A DNA stretch of 64,000 nucleotides, from the NCBI GenBank assembly GCA_010405405.1, contig MU004243.1, forward strand, positions 677,340-741,339, in the 5' to 3' direction. Of the stretch, positions 49,623-61,900 are shown piece by piece. This stretch comes from Microthyrium microscopicum (taxonomy: Eukaryota). The stretch's first letter is position 1. Each line of letters begins with the position of its first letter. The notes below the pieces were generated by a model. The model made no database searches, was not told the DNA's origin, and worked only from the letters and a program-made list of their open reading frames with translations. Both the position numbers and the translations under genes were made by a program.

Positions 49623-51490
49623 TTACACTTCTCTCGAGAACGCATTCAACTTCTTCTCAGTCTCAATCGTATCCGTCGGATCAGCCGTCCCATTCGCTCC
49701 AACATCTTGACCTTCTTCCGCATCCAGACCACCATCAACAATGGTCATCGCACTCGGGTCTTCCCTCGTAACTCTTATCATCTTAACATTCCACTTGCCC
49801 ACCCTCACAATCAGCAGGCCCATCTTGCTATCCGGTCCATTCCACACAACCGGTTTTACTGGACTTCCTGCCTTCGTCGTTCTGATTGCACGCCACTGCA
49901 GATTATCGTCCAGCTCGCTCTTATACCAAGCGACATAAGCGCCCTGATTGTTGACCAATCTTTGTCCTTCACTCCTCGATGCAACGAGACCGACGTGGTG
50001 GAGGAGCGCGGGATATGTCATGGTAGAGAGAAGATCGAGCGTGATTTCTTGCGTCTCAGCGTGTGTGTTCTTTGCCATGGCGCGCGGCGCGTTCTTGTTG
50101 AGGCTCCAACTTATGGGCTTTTCATGCTGAGCAGTTGGGGTGACTTGGGCCATGGCGGCGCTGAGACTGATTTCGCGGCGTGATGCGGCGCGGTTGGTAT
50201 GTTCGTCAGCGGTCTCTTGGGCGATGATGGGACCGTGGGCGAGTTCCAAGAATTCGTGGGCGAGGCGATGTTGAGCGAGGCGTTTTTCGGGGGTGGGCGT
50301 GTGGAGGGCCATGAGGTCGGTGATGGATTCCATGGGCATGAATGTGAATAGTTTTAGGTATTTTTCTACGTCAACGTCTGAGGTGGCGAGGAAATACTAG
50401 AGGAGGTTAGACGTGTTTTCGAAGGGTCATTAACGACTTACAGCATAGAGATCGAATGGTGTGGTCATCTCGCGGTTCAGCCAGACTGCATTTCCAGCAC
50501 TCTTGCCAAACTTCTCGCCGGAGGATGTTGTTAGAAGTGGTACGGTAAAGCCCATTGGTTGCCAGTTTTCTGTTTCTGGCGGTATCCGAACGTCCTGATG
50601 GGGGTGATTTTTTGCAACGTGTTTGACGCCCTCGATTCCAGTTATGATGTTTCCGAATTGGTCTGCACCGCCTATTTGTATCTGTACTCCAATTGACTGA
50701 TACATATGCCACCAGTCCCAGGCTTGAAACATTGGATAACAGAACTCAGCCAAAGACATGCCGTCCTTACTCTCCATTCGGTTCTTGACCGAATCTCTAG
50801 ACGACAATGATCCCATTCTCAATCCAGTACCCATCAGCTTCATCATTTCATGCGCCGGCACTTTATTCAACCACACATTATTGTTCAATAGTGCCCGTTT
50901 CCAGTATCGATGCTTCTGATAGCCATATTTGACCGCCAATCGCTCGACACTTTGCCAGATGGCACCGAGTTGTTGATGCATGAATGATATATTATTCTTT
51001 CGTTCCACGTTATCCAGTTGTTCTCGTTCACTAGTTCGTCCTGTTGGATCTCCGACCTGCGCTGTTGCGCCGCCTAGTAATGTAACCGCGCCGTATCCAT
51101 GAAGATACATGTGGAAGATTGCCATGAAGGGTATGAGGTGGCCGACATGTAGACTGGGGGCTGTAGGATCAACGCCGACGTATGCAGCTACTCGTTTGTT
51201 GTTTAATAGCTGATCGAGTTCGTCTCGTCCCCTATGGCAAGTGTCAGCTGCATGGCAATTAGCATCAGCAATTGAACCAACCCAGCAATTTGATGCACAT
51301 AGCCCCTCTCCTCAAAGATTTCTAGCATGCTTTTCCTCCTCCCCTGGGCAATTTCGGCAGCTCGGTTTGTCCATTCTATATCTGCAAAGGTCTTGTGTTG
51401 GATCCATTGTTCGTGGTATAATCGTTTCGGTATTAGGCGAGGGTCGAGTTTTCGTATACATCGTCGACATATCAGCGGCTTGGAAGCCAT
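49623..51490 (-). CDS. MSY1: Mitochondrial tyrosyl-tRNA synthetase
   Basis: Presequence; YVGVDPTAPSLHVGH (HIGH motif), GDPTGR, QIGGADQFGNI, KFGKSAGNAVWL (KMSKS motif), S4-like C-terminus. Confidence 0.95.
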
Positions 51491-51639
51491 TGAAATTAAG
51501 ATGTCAAAGCGGTAATTAGAAAAAGTTGAAGATTGCGGAGTTTTCATCACCTCCGAAGAGTCGAGATCTAGAGCCTACAAAAAAAGTCAAAGCTTGGACC
51601 TCAAGTCTTGGCAGTAACCCCTGTCAATCTGGGAGCGTC

Positions 51640-51680
51640 GACGCGAGAAACGCGACAATTCGCGAACTTTGATCTCGCGT
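51640..51680. promoter_or_regulatory. Cluster of CGCG-core (MCB/SCB-like) sites in the MSY1-MSH6 divergent promoter
   Basis: GACGCGAGAAACGCGACAATTCGCGAA...TCTCGCGT: four CGCG cores within ~40 bp, ~210-250 bp upstream of MSH6. Confidence 0.55.
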
Positions 51681-51886
51681 TCCCCAACTCCCAGTCCCAC
51701 CCTTTTATTCTCCGAGCAAATGCTGGAGCTCGAACTGTTGTAACCACTTGGTTATTCCACCTTTTAACATCTTGATTTTGTGCTTCAAAGCTGGTCTATT
51801 TGACTTGTACACCATCATCTTTCCCATTGCATCATTGCCTCCCCGCCGGACCTTATCTCGACTTCATACATCAGAGCTCGATCACA

Positions 51887-54800
51887 ATGGCTCGTGGTGT
51901 AGAAGGGAACGAAATGTCAACTCCAAAGACCTCCCAAAAGAAGACGCCAAAGACCAACTCCACCCAAGGCGGCAAGCAGTCCAGTATCCTAGGCTTCTTT
52001 GGCAAAAAGTCGGATTCCAAACCAATTCCTACTCGTCCATCTTTGGCTGCTGCTTCAGCTATTCGAGCTAGCCATATAACCCCAGTGCCAAGCAGCGATC
52101 CTGTCGAACCACCAAGCTCCGCCATCAAGCCAGGCATACTCAACTCTACGAACAGTTCTAGCGAGAAAGAAAACGGTCTGGCAACACCGGTCACACCCGC
52201 CGAAAGACAATCCAGTGCTGATAGTGGTGCAGAACGTCTCAAAGACGATGACGACTCGCCAGTTAGAAAGGTTGATACCTCCTTTTGGGAATTTTAGAGA
52301 GATGATGCTGACATTAAACAAGGTGCGATCTCGCAAAGTCAAATACGCCGAGTCAGACGATAGCGATGACGAAGTCCTCCGACAAGTAGATGGAAATGGC
52401 AATCGTAGAGCTTCAAAGCGACGAAAAGTCAGCGCAGACTCTAGTGACGAGTTCGGTGTTGATGACGATGTCGAGGCAGCCATGATGGAGGTTGATGAGG
52501 ACGATTTCATCGTGGCAGACGACTCTGATGAGGAAGTCGTTGCCCTCAAACGAAAGAGATCAAAACCTCCAACAAAATCATCGCCGCCTCGCGCTGAGGC
52601 CGTGCGACCGAAGGTTGAGGAAGATGCGATGGAGCTGGATGAAGCTACAGAATCTACAGCTTTGCAGTGGATCTTTGACCCAAATGATCCAAATCCACTC
52701 CCATACATGCGACCAACTGATGGAAAAACCAAAAACCCCAGCACTAGAAAGGCTAGAGCGTGTGAAACAACTCCAGAAAACCGGCATCCATGGCTTGCAA
52801 AGATTCAAGATGCCGAAAGACGTTTCTCTGATCATCCCGATTACGATCCACGAACACTGTTCATTCCACCGAAATTATTCGATAAGTTATCAGCTTTCGA
52901 ACAACAGTACTGGAACATCAAACGACAACACTTTGACACTGTAGTGTTCTTCAAAAAGGGCAAATTTTACGAATTGTACGAAATGGATGCAACCATCGGT
53001 CATCAAGAATGTGATCTTAAAATGACTGACAGGGTTAACATGCGCATGGTTGGTGTGCCAGAGTCTAGTCTTGATCATTGGGCAAATCAGATTGTTGCCA
53101 AAGGCTACAAGGTAGCACGCGTCGATCAAATGGAGAGCGCCCTTGCCAAAGAAATGCGTGATCGTGACGACAAATCAATTCCGAAAGGCCAGAAAAAAGC
53201 ACCTGTGCGTCGAGAACTTGCAAGTATTTTGACGGGTGGAACCTTGGTTGATGCTGGTATGCTTCAAGACGATATGGCCACTTACTGCGTTGCGGTCAAG
53301 GAAGAGGTGGTGGATGGTCTGCCTGCCTTTGGTATTGCTTTCGTGGATACTGCAACTGCTCAATTCCAAGTTGTTGAGTTTACTGATGATGTAGACATGA
53401 CCAAATTTGAGACTCTTGTTGCTCAAATCCGACCAAAGGAACTACTACTCGAGAAAGGTCATATATCAGCCAAAGCTCTACGCATGCTCAAAAACAATAC
53501 TGGTCCATCCACTATCTGGAACTACATGAAGCCAGATAAAGAGTTTTGGCCTGCGGATGTCACCTGTCGCGAGATTGACGCTTGTGGTTATTTTATTTCG
53601 AAAGACAACTCCGAGGAAAAGACCTGGCCAGCAGTACTTGCAGAGAATAAGGACAAGCGACTGGTGATGTGTGCAGTTGGAGCTTTGATTCAGTATTTGC
53701 AAATCCTCAAGATCGATCAGGAGCTTGTCTCTCTTGGTAACTTCCAATGGTACGATCCAATCCGGAAGGCGTCTAGTCTGGTCTTGGATGGTCAGAGCTT
53801 AATCAATCTTGAGATATTTGCCAATGGATATGATGGAGGTTCAGCCGGCACGCTCTTTGCAATGATCAATAGGTGCATCACGCCTTTCGGAAAACGCATG
53901 CTTCGCCAATGGGTCTGTCATCCTTTAGCAGACTCTGCCAGAATCAACGCTCGTCTTGATGCTGTCGATGGTCTATTGGCAGATCCAAGTATCGTTGGAC
54001 AATTCACAACATCTTTGACCAAATTGCCAGATCTCGAACGGCTCATCTCTCGCGTGCATGCCAAGCGATGCAAAGTTCAAGATTTCGTGCGAGTCTTGGA
54101 AGGTTTTGAGCAGATGGAATATACTATGAGCCTGCTCGGCTCAACTCCAAGTGGAGATGGAGTCATAGGCCAGTTAATTTCTGCCATGCCGGACTTGGCT
54201 CCCAAGTTGAAGAGCTGGGAAACCTACTTCGATCGAGTCAAAGCTCGTGAAAATGGAGTTTTTATCCCAGAAGCAGGGTTTGACGATGCGTATGATGAGT
54301 CTCAAGCTGAGATTGATTCATTTCACCAAAAGCTGGATGTTGTGCTCAAGGACGCTCAAAAGAAGCTTGGCACCAAAGCAGTCAGCTACAAAGATGTCGG
54401 CAAAGAGATTTATCAACTCGAAGTATCAGCCAAAATCACCAAAGTCCCATCTGGCTGGACTCAAATGTCAGCCAGCAAGCTGGTCAAGCGCTGGTATACC
54501 CCTGAGCTCAAGCTTTTGGTCCGTGGTCTGCAGGAGGCACTGGAGATTCAAGGTCAAGTCACCAAGGAGCTCACCAATCGTTTCTATGCAAAGTTTGATG
54601 AAGATTACGATACATGGCTAAAGGCTGTGCAGATTGTTGCCCAACTTGACTGCCTAATCAGTCTTGCAAAGACGTCTTCAAGTCTTGGATCTCCATCTTG
54701 TCGACCAGAACTTGTCGACAGTGAGCGTACTGTACTTGAGTTTGAAGAGCTACGACATCCATGTATGGTGAGCACAGTTAGCGACTTTATTCCCAACGAT

Positions 54801-55607
54801 GTCAAGCTAGGCGGTGATACCGCCAATATCAGCCTTCTTACTGGTGCAAACGCAGCCGGCAAATCTACAGTTCTTCGCATGGTAAGTACAATCTCGAAGA
54901 TGCTAGCAGCACCTAGCTAACGATCTCAGTCATGCATCGCCGTCATCTTAGCCCAAATCGGCTGCCACGTACCAGCCAAATCTGCTCGTCTCACCCCCAT
55001 CGACCGCATCATGTCCCGCCTTGGCGCCCAAGACAACATCTTCGCCGCTCAATCCACCTTCTTCATCGAACTCTCTGAGACCAAGAAAATCCTCTCCGAA
55101 GCAACTCCACGCTCCCTCGTAATTCTGGATGAGTTGGGCCGTGGTACATCATCCTACGATGGTGTCGCCGTCGCCCAAGCAGTGCTGCACGATGTGGCTA
55201 CACGCTTGGGTTGTATTGGCTTCTTTGCTACACACTACCATTCCCTCGCCGTTGAGTTTCAAGACCACCCGGAGATTGAGTGTAAGCGTATGGGTATTCA
55301 GGTGGACGAGGAGGCTAGGCGTGTGACGTTCCTGTATCGCCTGGAGACTGGCATTGCCGAGGGTTCATTTGGTATGCATTGTGCGAGCATGTGTGGTATT
55401 CCAGCCAAAGTCGTCAGTCGAGCTGAGGAGGCAGCCAAGCAGTGGGAACATACAAGTCGCCTAAAAGATAGTCTGGAGAGTGCGAAAGGTGGGAGCTATG
55501 TGCCGCTGGGCATGATGAGTGATTTGGCGTGGATGATGAAGGGAGAGAAGGGCGGTGTGTCGAAGCGTGAGCTGGACGTTTTACGCAAGGCTATTGCTGC
55601 ATTGTAG
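51887..55607 (+). CDS. MSH6: DNA mismatch repair protein MSH6 (3 exons)
   Basis: PIP box QSSILGFF, YDPRTLFIP, FFKKGKFYELYE, TGANAAGKST, STFFIEL, LDELGRGT, FATHY, SFGMHCA. Confidence 0.97.
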
Positions 55608-56622
55608 GAGTACTGGATGTGTGTCGTTCTAATTTGTGTAGGTACGATGTTCGGGCTCTGTTTACTGGAGGCGTCAAGTTGGGATGGCAGTTTCCATGCT
55701 GCATGGCGGTATTTTCGCAATCTTTGTTTCGCTGCAGCAGTGTAGTATACCCATTATGTTCTTGATATCGCTTAGGCCTGCTAGATCGGAAGTAGAAATG
55801 GTTATTGTCACTTGAACCTAACTTCGCACGCTTTGTAAAACATTGATCGCATCACGGATAGCAGCGTCATCGACCCGATAGAATTGAGAAGTATCGCTGT
55901 ACAACCGTTCGCAACAGATGCCAATGCAGCTGTCCGCTGCGGCAGACCTGCTTTTCGCTGCTGACTTCCAATAGTTGCTCCACAGCAATACCAAGCCTAG
56001 GATGTTCTCCATTCCTCCCTCACCGGTTGTTGTTCCCGATACCACTTTGTCGCCGCCAAGCTTGATAAGCTCTTGTTCATTCGCCTTGCCGTTGATTCTC
56101 GAGATGCGGTTGACTCGCACTGGGCGGCGATCTCGATCGATTGTTGTTTGTTAGTGATGGTATCCTGGACAATGACAGACAGTTTGGGGACATTCTTTGC
56201 TCACTGATGGTACCTGAATCTGTTTTCATTGTTGGTTCCACAAACTGGGGATCGAATCTGCTGTGTTACCCGCCGTTCCTGCGTCCGTCCGACGACACGT
56301 TGTGTAGCATTACGTCCGAATATTATTTCTGGTCATTGGACATTGACTGTCTTGTTCATGGGCGAACGACTTCTTTAGTATATGCAGATTGTAGGGTGTT
56401 AAGATATAGATATCTGCTCGTCAAAGACTTAGTGTCAACGCTCACCACCATCTCTGTCATTTACATCTGTCAGATTAGGAGAGAACATCCTATAAATACT
56501 GCTTATCACTCCCAAAGTATCCCACCTCGGACGAAGAGCACCACATACGAAGCTTGATTTCAATAGCACGTCCCGCCCACAAGAGATCCAGGAACTCTTA
56601 GACAAGAGTCCAACTCAACGCC

Positions 56623-57452
56623 ATGCACATCACCACCAGCCTGCTCACCACCCTCCTCCCCATCTTCTTCTCCACTATCTATGCCCGCCCAGCCCTCACA
56701 ACCACGGACTTTAGCGAAGTTTCCACCAAAGGCGCTCACATCCCAATCGCGCGCTTCTTCACCGGCTCCAAACTCGCCGCCCACGCCGTCTCCTCCAAAG
56801 ACACTTCTTCCACTTCCTCCGATACCAGCACACATGACGGCTTCTTCTCCCTCGCGCCTTCCCCCGCCGAAGATCTCCCCTGGCATCTGACGAACATCAC
56901 GCTCTTCCAGCCAGATGCTTCAGCGGCCAGCGATCCCAATGCTACAGCCGCTAGCATCTTCTTCACCATAGAAGATGTTAACCCTGGCTTGGGGCTGAAA
57001 ACGGACTGTGGATGGACTGCGCCGCCGGGGGGAGGCGTGACGGTGCCGATTACGCCGGGGGCTGGGTATGGGAGTTGTAGGGATGGGCATTTTAGGTTCA
57101 AGTATGATGGGACGCAGATTTGGGTTATTAGGTTGTATGAGCAGGATGATCCAGGGTAAGTCTTTCTAAGATTCAGGGCATCGGCGGCAGTGAGTCAGAT
57201 GGTGGTGATATTCGACGATGCTGTGGTGCAGAACGTATCACGTCGTCTATCTCCTCCTCGATGTTCTGTGATATTGGACGATACAAGAGCTGATTTGATG
57301 TGTTTAGTAACCAAGACGGCAGCGGGAAGGATCAAGTTACTTGTTTCGGCAATTTTCCTACTACTCTTCACGACTTCAACTCTGACACTAGCACGCCTGG
57401 CACGAAGCGGGTTCAGGGATGTATGGAGATTTATTGTACCATGATGAGTTAG
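56623..57452 (+). CDS. Small secreted Cys-containing protein (AA1/Alt a 1-like pattern, tentative)
   Basis: Signal peptide MHITTSLLTTLLPIFFSTIYA; WHLTNI..SIFFTIED..TDC..SC..FRFKYDG; intron 57156-57307 joins an in-frame second exon ending EIYCTMMS*. Confidence 0.7.
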
Positions 57453-57993
57453 TGGGAGCAACTCCCTATCTAGTTTGGTGACTGATCTAGTCGTAGTTGC
57501 ATGAACGGTCGTTTGATACTGCGGAGGTCACAACGCAAGCAGAAGCAATAAATGTAATAGTATCGTAGCGAAGCATATTTGGAAAACGCACTATTAATGG
57601 AGAAATGTTCAATTTCTTTCGAAGGTTCTACATCAAACTTCCTGCCCTCGTTGTATCAATTGTCTCAGGATAGAAAAATGCTGTAAAACGTGCTTGAACA
57701 AATCATATTCTTGATCTGCCTTTAGCCTGACAAGTGACGCGCAACATTTGCATATTACTCCAAGCCTTTATAATCAAAAAGTTCGACGTCAAGTTCTCTC
57801 TTCCAACATGAAGTCAAAGATTGACATGGCCTGGACAAGGAGCCAGTTGTCAACCGATTGATGATAAATGGCGGGCCGCCACGAACCACTCATGTTAATG
57901 AATGCTTTGTCTCCTATGGAGTATCTGAAGATGGAAACCCCTGAAACATAAGAGAAGGTGTTCGAAGCAGACCGACATCAGTTTCAATCAAGT

Positions 57994-59219
57994 TTACCGC
58001 ACGGTCGCTGAGCAGAAGTTTCCTTCTTCGTCTGCGAGATAATGCTGCATCTCTTTTCGAAGGAGCACCTCCATTGCAGACTTGAAGGTTTCCTTCATCG
58101 CGGCGCAATGCTCTTCAAAGTTGTCATAGAAAGCAGGTCTATGCGGACTGTCGAAATGGTGTAGTCTAGCGCAATGGGTATTGCATAGATCTTTATAGCT
58201 CTCCGGCTGAATAGTCAAAACCTTGATTCCTGCAAAGATGTTGCGCTTGGCGCAGGCAATGGCTCGAAACCAATAGCCGCAATCTTGCCAGATTATCTCA
58301 GCAAGCTTGGACAAATCGACAGCTACACCGTCGAAGGCGAGCTGATTTGCGTATTCGACAGGCAACGTGCCGCTCCAGACAAGTTGTTGAAGTTGCACGC
58401 ACGATCTCAGCAAATAGAATGTCATGTAGACTCCTTGCCGAGTACCATGGCGGAGTAGATCTTCTTCTAAATCGAAAGAGATCTTACGTATCAATCCGCA
58501 ATTCGTTGCGGCAATATCTGCGAGAAACATTTGTGCCCCGAGTAGGGTCTTGAATTTGAAAGATTTCTGGTATAGGAAGAGCGCAGCTTCTGAGGTGATC
58601 TGTTTATTTCAACCGCAAGATATTCAATGGGAAATGAGGCGCTTGCACCTTGTACTTCGGAGCAGCGGTATGGTCGGTGTATGGGCCACTGACCGAATTG
58701 ACAACAACTGGACCTCGTAGGGTAGGTGCAGGAGGAAGCACAGATATAGCCGCGCCGTTTTCAGCCTCGAGGCAGTATTTGTAGACCATAATCCGCAACT
58801 CGGGCGGTAATGTCATGAAACCGAAGTTTCCATCCTGTTGGTTCTGCGCGGAGTCAATTGAAACGGCATCTGCCGCTTGGTCTTGGTGAGGATTCTATAG
58901 TCTGTTAGAAATTTGATGTCTCGTACTAGCTTACTTGGGTACCTATTTAACGCACCTTATTCAAAGATATATTTCCTTCGCCGCCGTGTTGATATGATAG
59001 CAAGAGGTTGGTATCGCTTTGCGCGTCATATGCCATTGACACGCCCACGCCTTCAAGGTCGTGCGCGTTACCAACTCCAGGAGCAGTGCGACGAGCATCC
59101 TCAGTCTGGTCTTCAACACGAGCCGGAATCGCGCTCATAGATAATTGCATTGCGTATGATGCTTCCGTAGGTAAATCACTATCGAGAGGTGATCCGAAGA
59201 TAGAAAGTTGAGGGTTCAT
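57994..59219 (-). pseudogene. F-box-like/2EXR-like family paralog 7 with a 1-nt frameshift (pseudogene or sequencing error)
   Basis: Intron 58895-58955; FGFMTLPPELRIMVYKYCL; extra A at 58607-58609 gives TTG AAA TAA instead of ..LNKQITSEAALFLYQ; WFRAIACAKRNIFAGI; ADEEGNF. Confidence 0.65.
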
Positions 59220-59590
59220 AGTGCAGTCTGATTAAAGGGAGGATGTTGAGGATGGGGTGTGGAAAGAGAACATAAAAGTAGGCGAGTCTTATATGGAAGC
59301 TCAAGAGGTTTGCGCTAGACAGGAAGAATCCATGGTGAGGTGAACTATATATTCGCAGTGAATACAAATAGTAAGGTCGTGCGCGTGTGGGAGTTTGCTG
59401 AATGAGGTGAGTAGGTACATTTGCATTAGGTAGCCGAAAGGTGTAACTGCAGCGAATAGCTGTATATACCGGCAAGAGCTGGAGTAAACTGTATCATTAT
59501 ACCTAGCAAAGGAAATTTCGCTAGCAGTCTAGAACCGCAAGAGGCTTAAGTTGAGGTGCTGCTAGAAGACCACGAAAAGCCGAAATGGGC

Positions 59591-59616
59591 ATTAGGCTGA
59601 CGAGCATTCTGATTGG
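59591..59616 (-). promoter_or_regulatory. Family bipartite element upstream of paralog 7
   Basis: Minus strand CCAATCAG-AATGCTC-GTCAGCCTAAT. Confidence 0.7.
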
Positions 59617-60490
59617 TTGAACTCGTGTAATTGCTTGTGCCAACCCGCAATTAGGCTGCTAATGGAGATCTTAACTCATGAGCCTATCTTAGCATACAGA
59701 TGTGTGAGACAAGGCGTATTAACGCGGGCCTGAAGATATAGCTTGCTTGGACCCTTTACTTCCTTGCTTTTAGCAACTTCTCCACGCAATCAAATTTCCT
59801 CAAATGTAGGAGTTGTCAAACAGAGTTGGCTCAAATCACCACTGGACATCTTCCTGCCAATGTCAATCAAAAACGAGATGTAACAGATGACCAACGTAAG
59901 TATGAACTCCAGCGCTTTCATATAAGGAAAGCGCTTCATACCCTTTGATTGTTTATAAAGAACCCCTCCATGCGTGTGCTATGTGTCAGGAGATCTACTA
60001 TACCGAATGAAGATGTATCGCATTTCATTACTCTTCCTGAACAGTCTTTGTAAGTTTACCTTGACAGAAGCGGTCACAAGTGTAAGTGAAGCGCAGCTTT
60101 CATAGACATCAATCAGGCATGAAGATATTTGAGAGTCATTCTTGACATTACGTTATCAGCCTCAAGCATTCTCTCTTTTTGGTAAAAATATCTCCTAGCG
60201 AAGTTTTCGTCCACTTTCAACGTTGTAGCGGCCGAACACTCGAAGTTAGCTGTTCATTTGATTGCCGACGAACTGGCAGAGTGACTCATGTCACAAGTGA
60301 CCACATCAGTTTCCATGATTCCCATCATGGCTTCCGGACTCAGCGTACCATACTTGCTAAAATAAAAGATAAAAGTGCTAGGGAACAATAACTTCGATGG
60401 GAAGTCAAGCTCTTCATGATGAAGTGTGCCGGATAGGAGCCGCATGATTTGATCAGCCGCAAGTCAATGTTTTGTGTAGAGCTTCAACAA

Positions 60491-61900
60491 CTAAAAGCTA
60501 CCTTCGTCGTCTGCCCCGAAAACAGCCATTTCACGTCGTAAGATAGATTTCAGTTGCTCCGTAACGCAATCCTCCAGCTGGACAGCTTTTTCGGGAATTT
60601 GGTGAAGGAAGTGACCTTGAATGTGGCGAAAATAGCTTAAAGACCAGTAAGTCGACAGCCGACGGCTTGCATCCGTACAGAGCCAGCGACACACATCCTC
60701 CCAGAAATTCCTACAGATTTTGAACACCTGGAATTGGTCAGTGATAAGTCCACGACAGGGTTTTACCGCAACCAGCACGTGCTGAAAAGAGCTTTCGGCT
60801 TTTTCAGCGTGACATCTACTATGCTTTACGGTAACCAAGAGGTTTGAGAAGAGAGTAACTTACTTCCAGTCCGGCAAAGATATTGCGTTTTGCTTGAGCG
60901 ATTGCTCTAAACCATGGGCCAGAGAATTCCCACAACATGCTAACCAAGTAATTTACCTGGAAGCTATCATCAACACAAATGATTCGGTCAATGTATGTTT
61001 CCGGTAGATATGCGTCCATTTTGATCTCGATAATGTTAACGCAGGCTGAAAGCAGATGGAATGTGATGAGCATCTCATGACGCCGGCCAAAGCGAATCAC
61101 CTGGTTCTTGGAAAACCAAACACGTTGTAACAGTGGATAGTTGTTTTGGCCCACCGCTAGTAGAAACGACTGGACGGCTCTAGCAGACTCGAACTCAAAG
61201 ACGTTTGAATAGAGCATTGGGCATGCTTCGGTACGAATGTCCTTGCAGATCCTGAGAATTTTGGGGATAAGCTGAGGCACTGCAATTTCATTGCAATAGC
61301 GGCGACGACCTTTCTGATGGGGACCGTTTTGTAGAAACTTCAAGCTCTTCTGCTTTGTGCGTTTAATCTTGATCTGCCGAGGATGCTGAGGAGGGGGATG
61401 CAGGATTGTCAAAGGTTTATCGTCAACAACAAGGCAGGTTCGATATATTTCGTTGCGTAGCTCTGGAGGAAGCTTCATGAAAGGGAATATGTGACGAGTG
61501 GGAGAATCGTTCTCCGAAAGGGTCTTGGACATTTTCGCTTTGCGCAAGGTCTAACGCTTAGTTGTTAGTAATGGACTCAGGCTTAGCATCACACGCCACG
61601 TACCTTGATCTTATTTTTGCTGACGGGACTGCTCGGTTCATTTGCAATGTTGTGCTCATAGTTGTCGCCATCGCTGACCTCTGCGGTCTCGACATATGAT
61701 ATAGCTGTTCGATTGCGTTTAGGGTACCGATTTGCCTGCTAGTTATTAGTATTCGATCGCTCTATGACAGCCACTGGAGTTGAACGAAGCCATGGTATGC
61801 CTGGTGGTCGTTTCATATCCGTCGAGAGACACAAATTTGTACGTGGAGTACTCACCTCAGCACCCGAAGTCGCCAACAGATGCATAGCTGGGCCAGACAT
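60491..61900 (-). CDS. F-box-like/2EXR-like family paralog 8 (4 exons)
   Basis: MSGPAMHLLATSGAE|QANRYPKRNRTAISYVE...|TLRKAK..FPFMKLPPELRNEIYRTCL...WFRAIAQAKRNIFAGLE|VFKIC...ADDEGSF; last intron 60728-60863. Confidence 0.85.

Noticed and set aside
58604..58609. Programmed +1 frameshift at AAA-TAA
   Set aside because: That signal is established for Euplotes ciliates, not fungi; a single instance is better explained by an indel or a read error.
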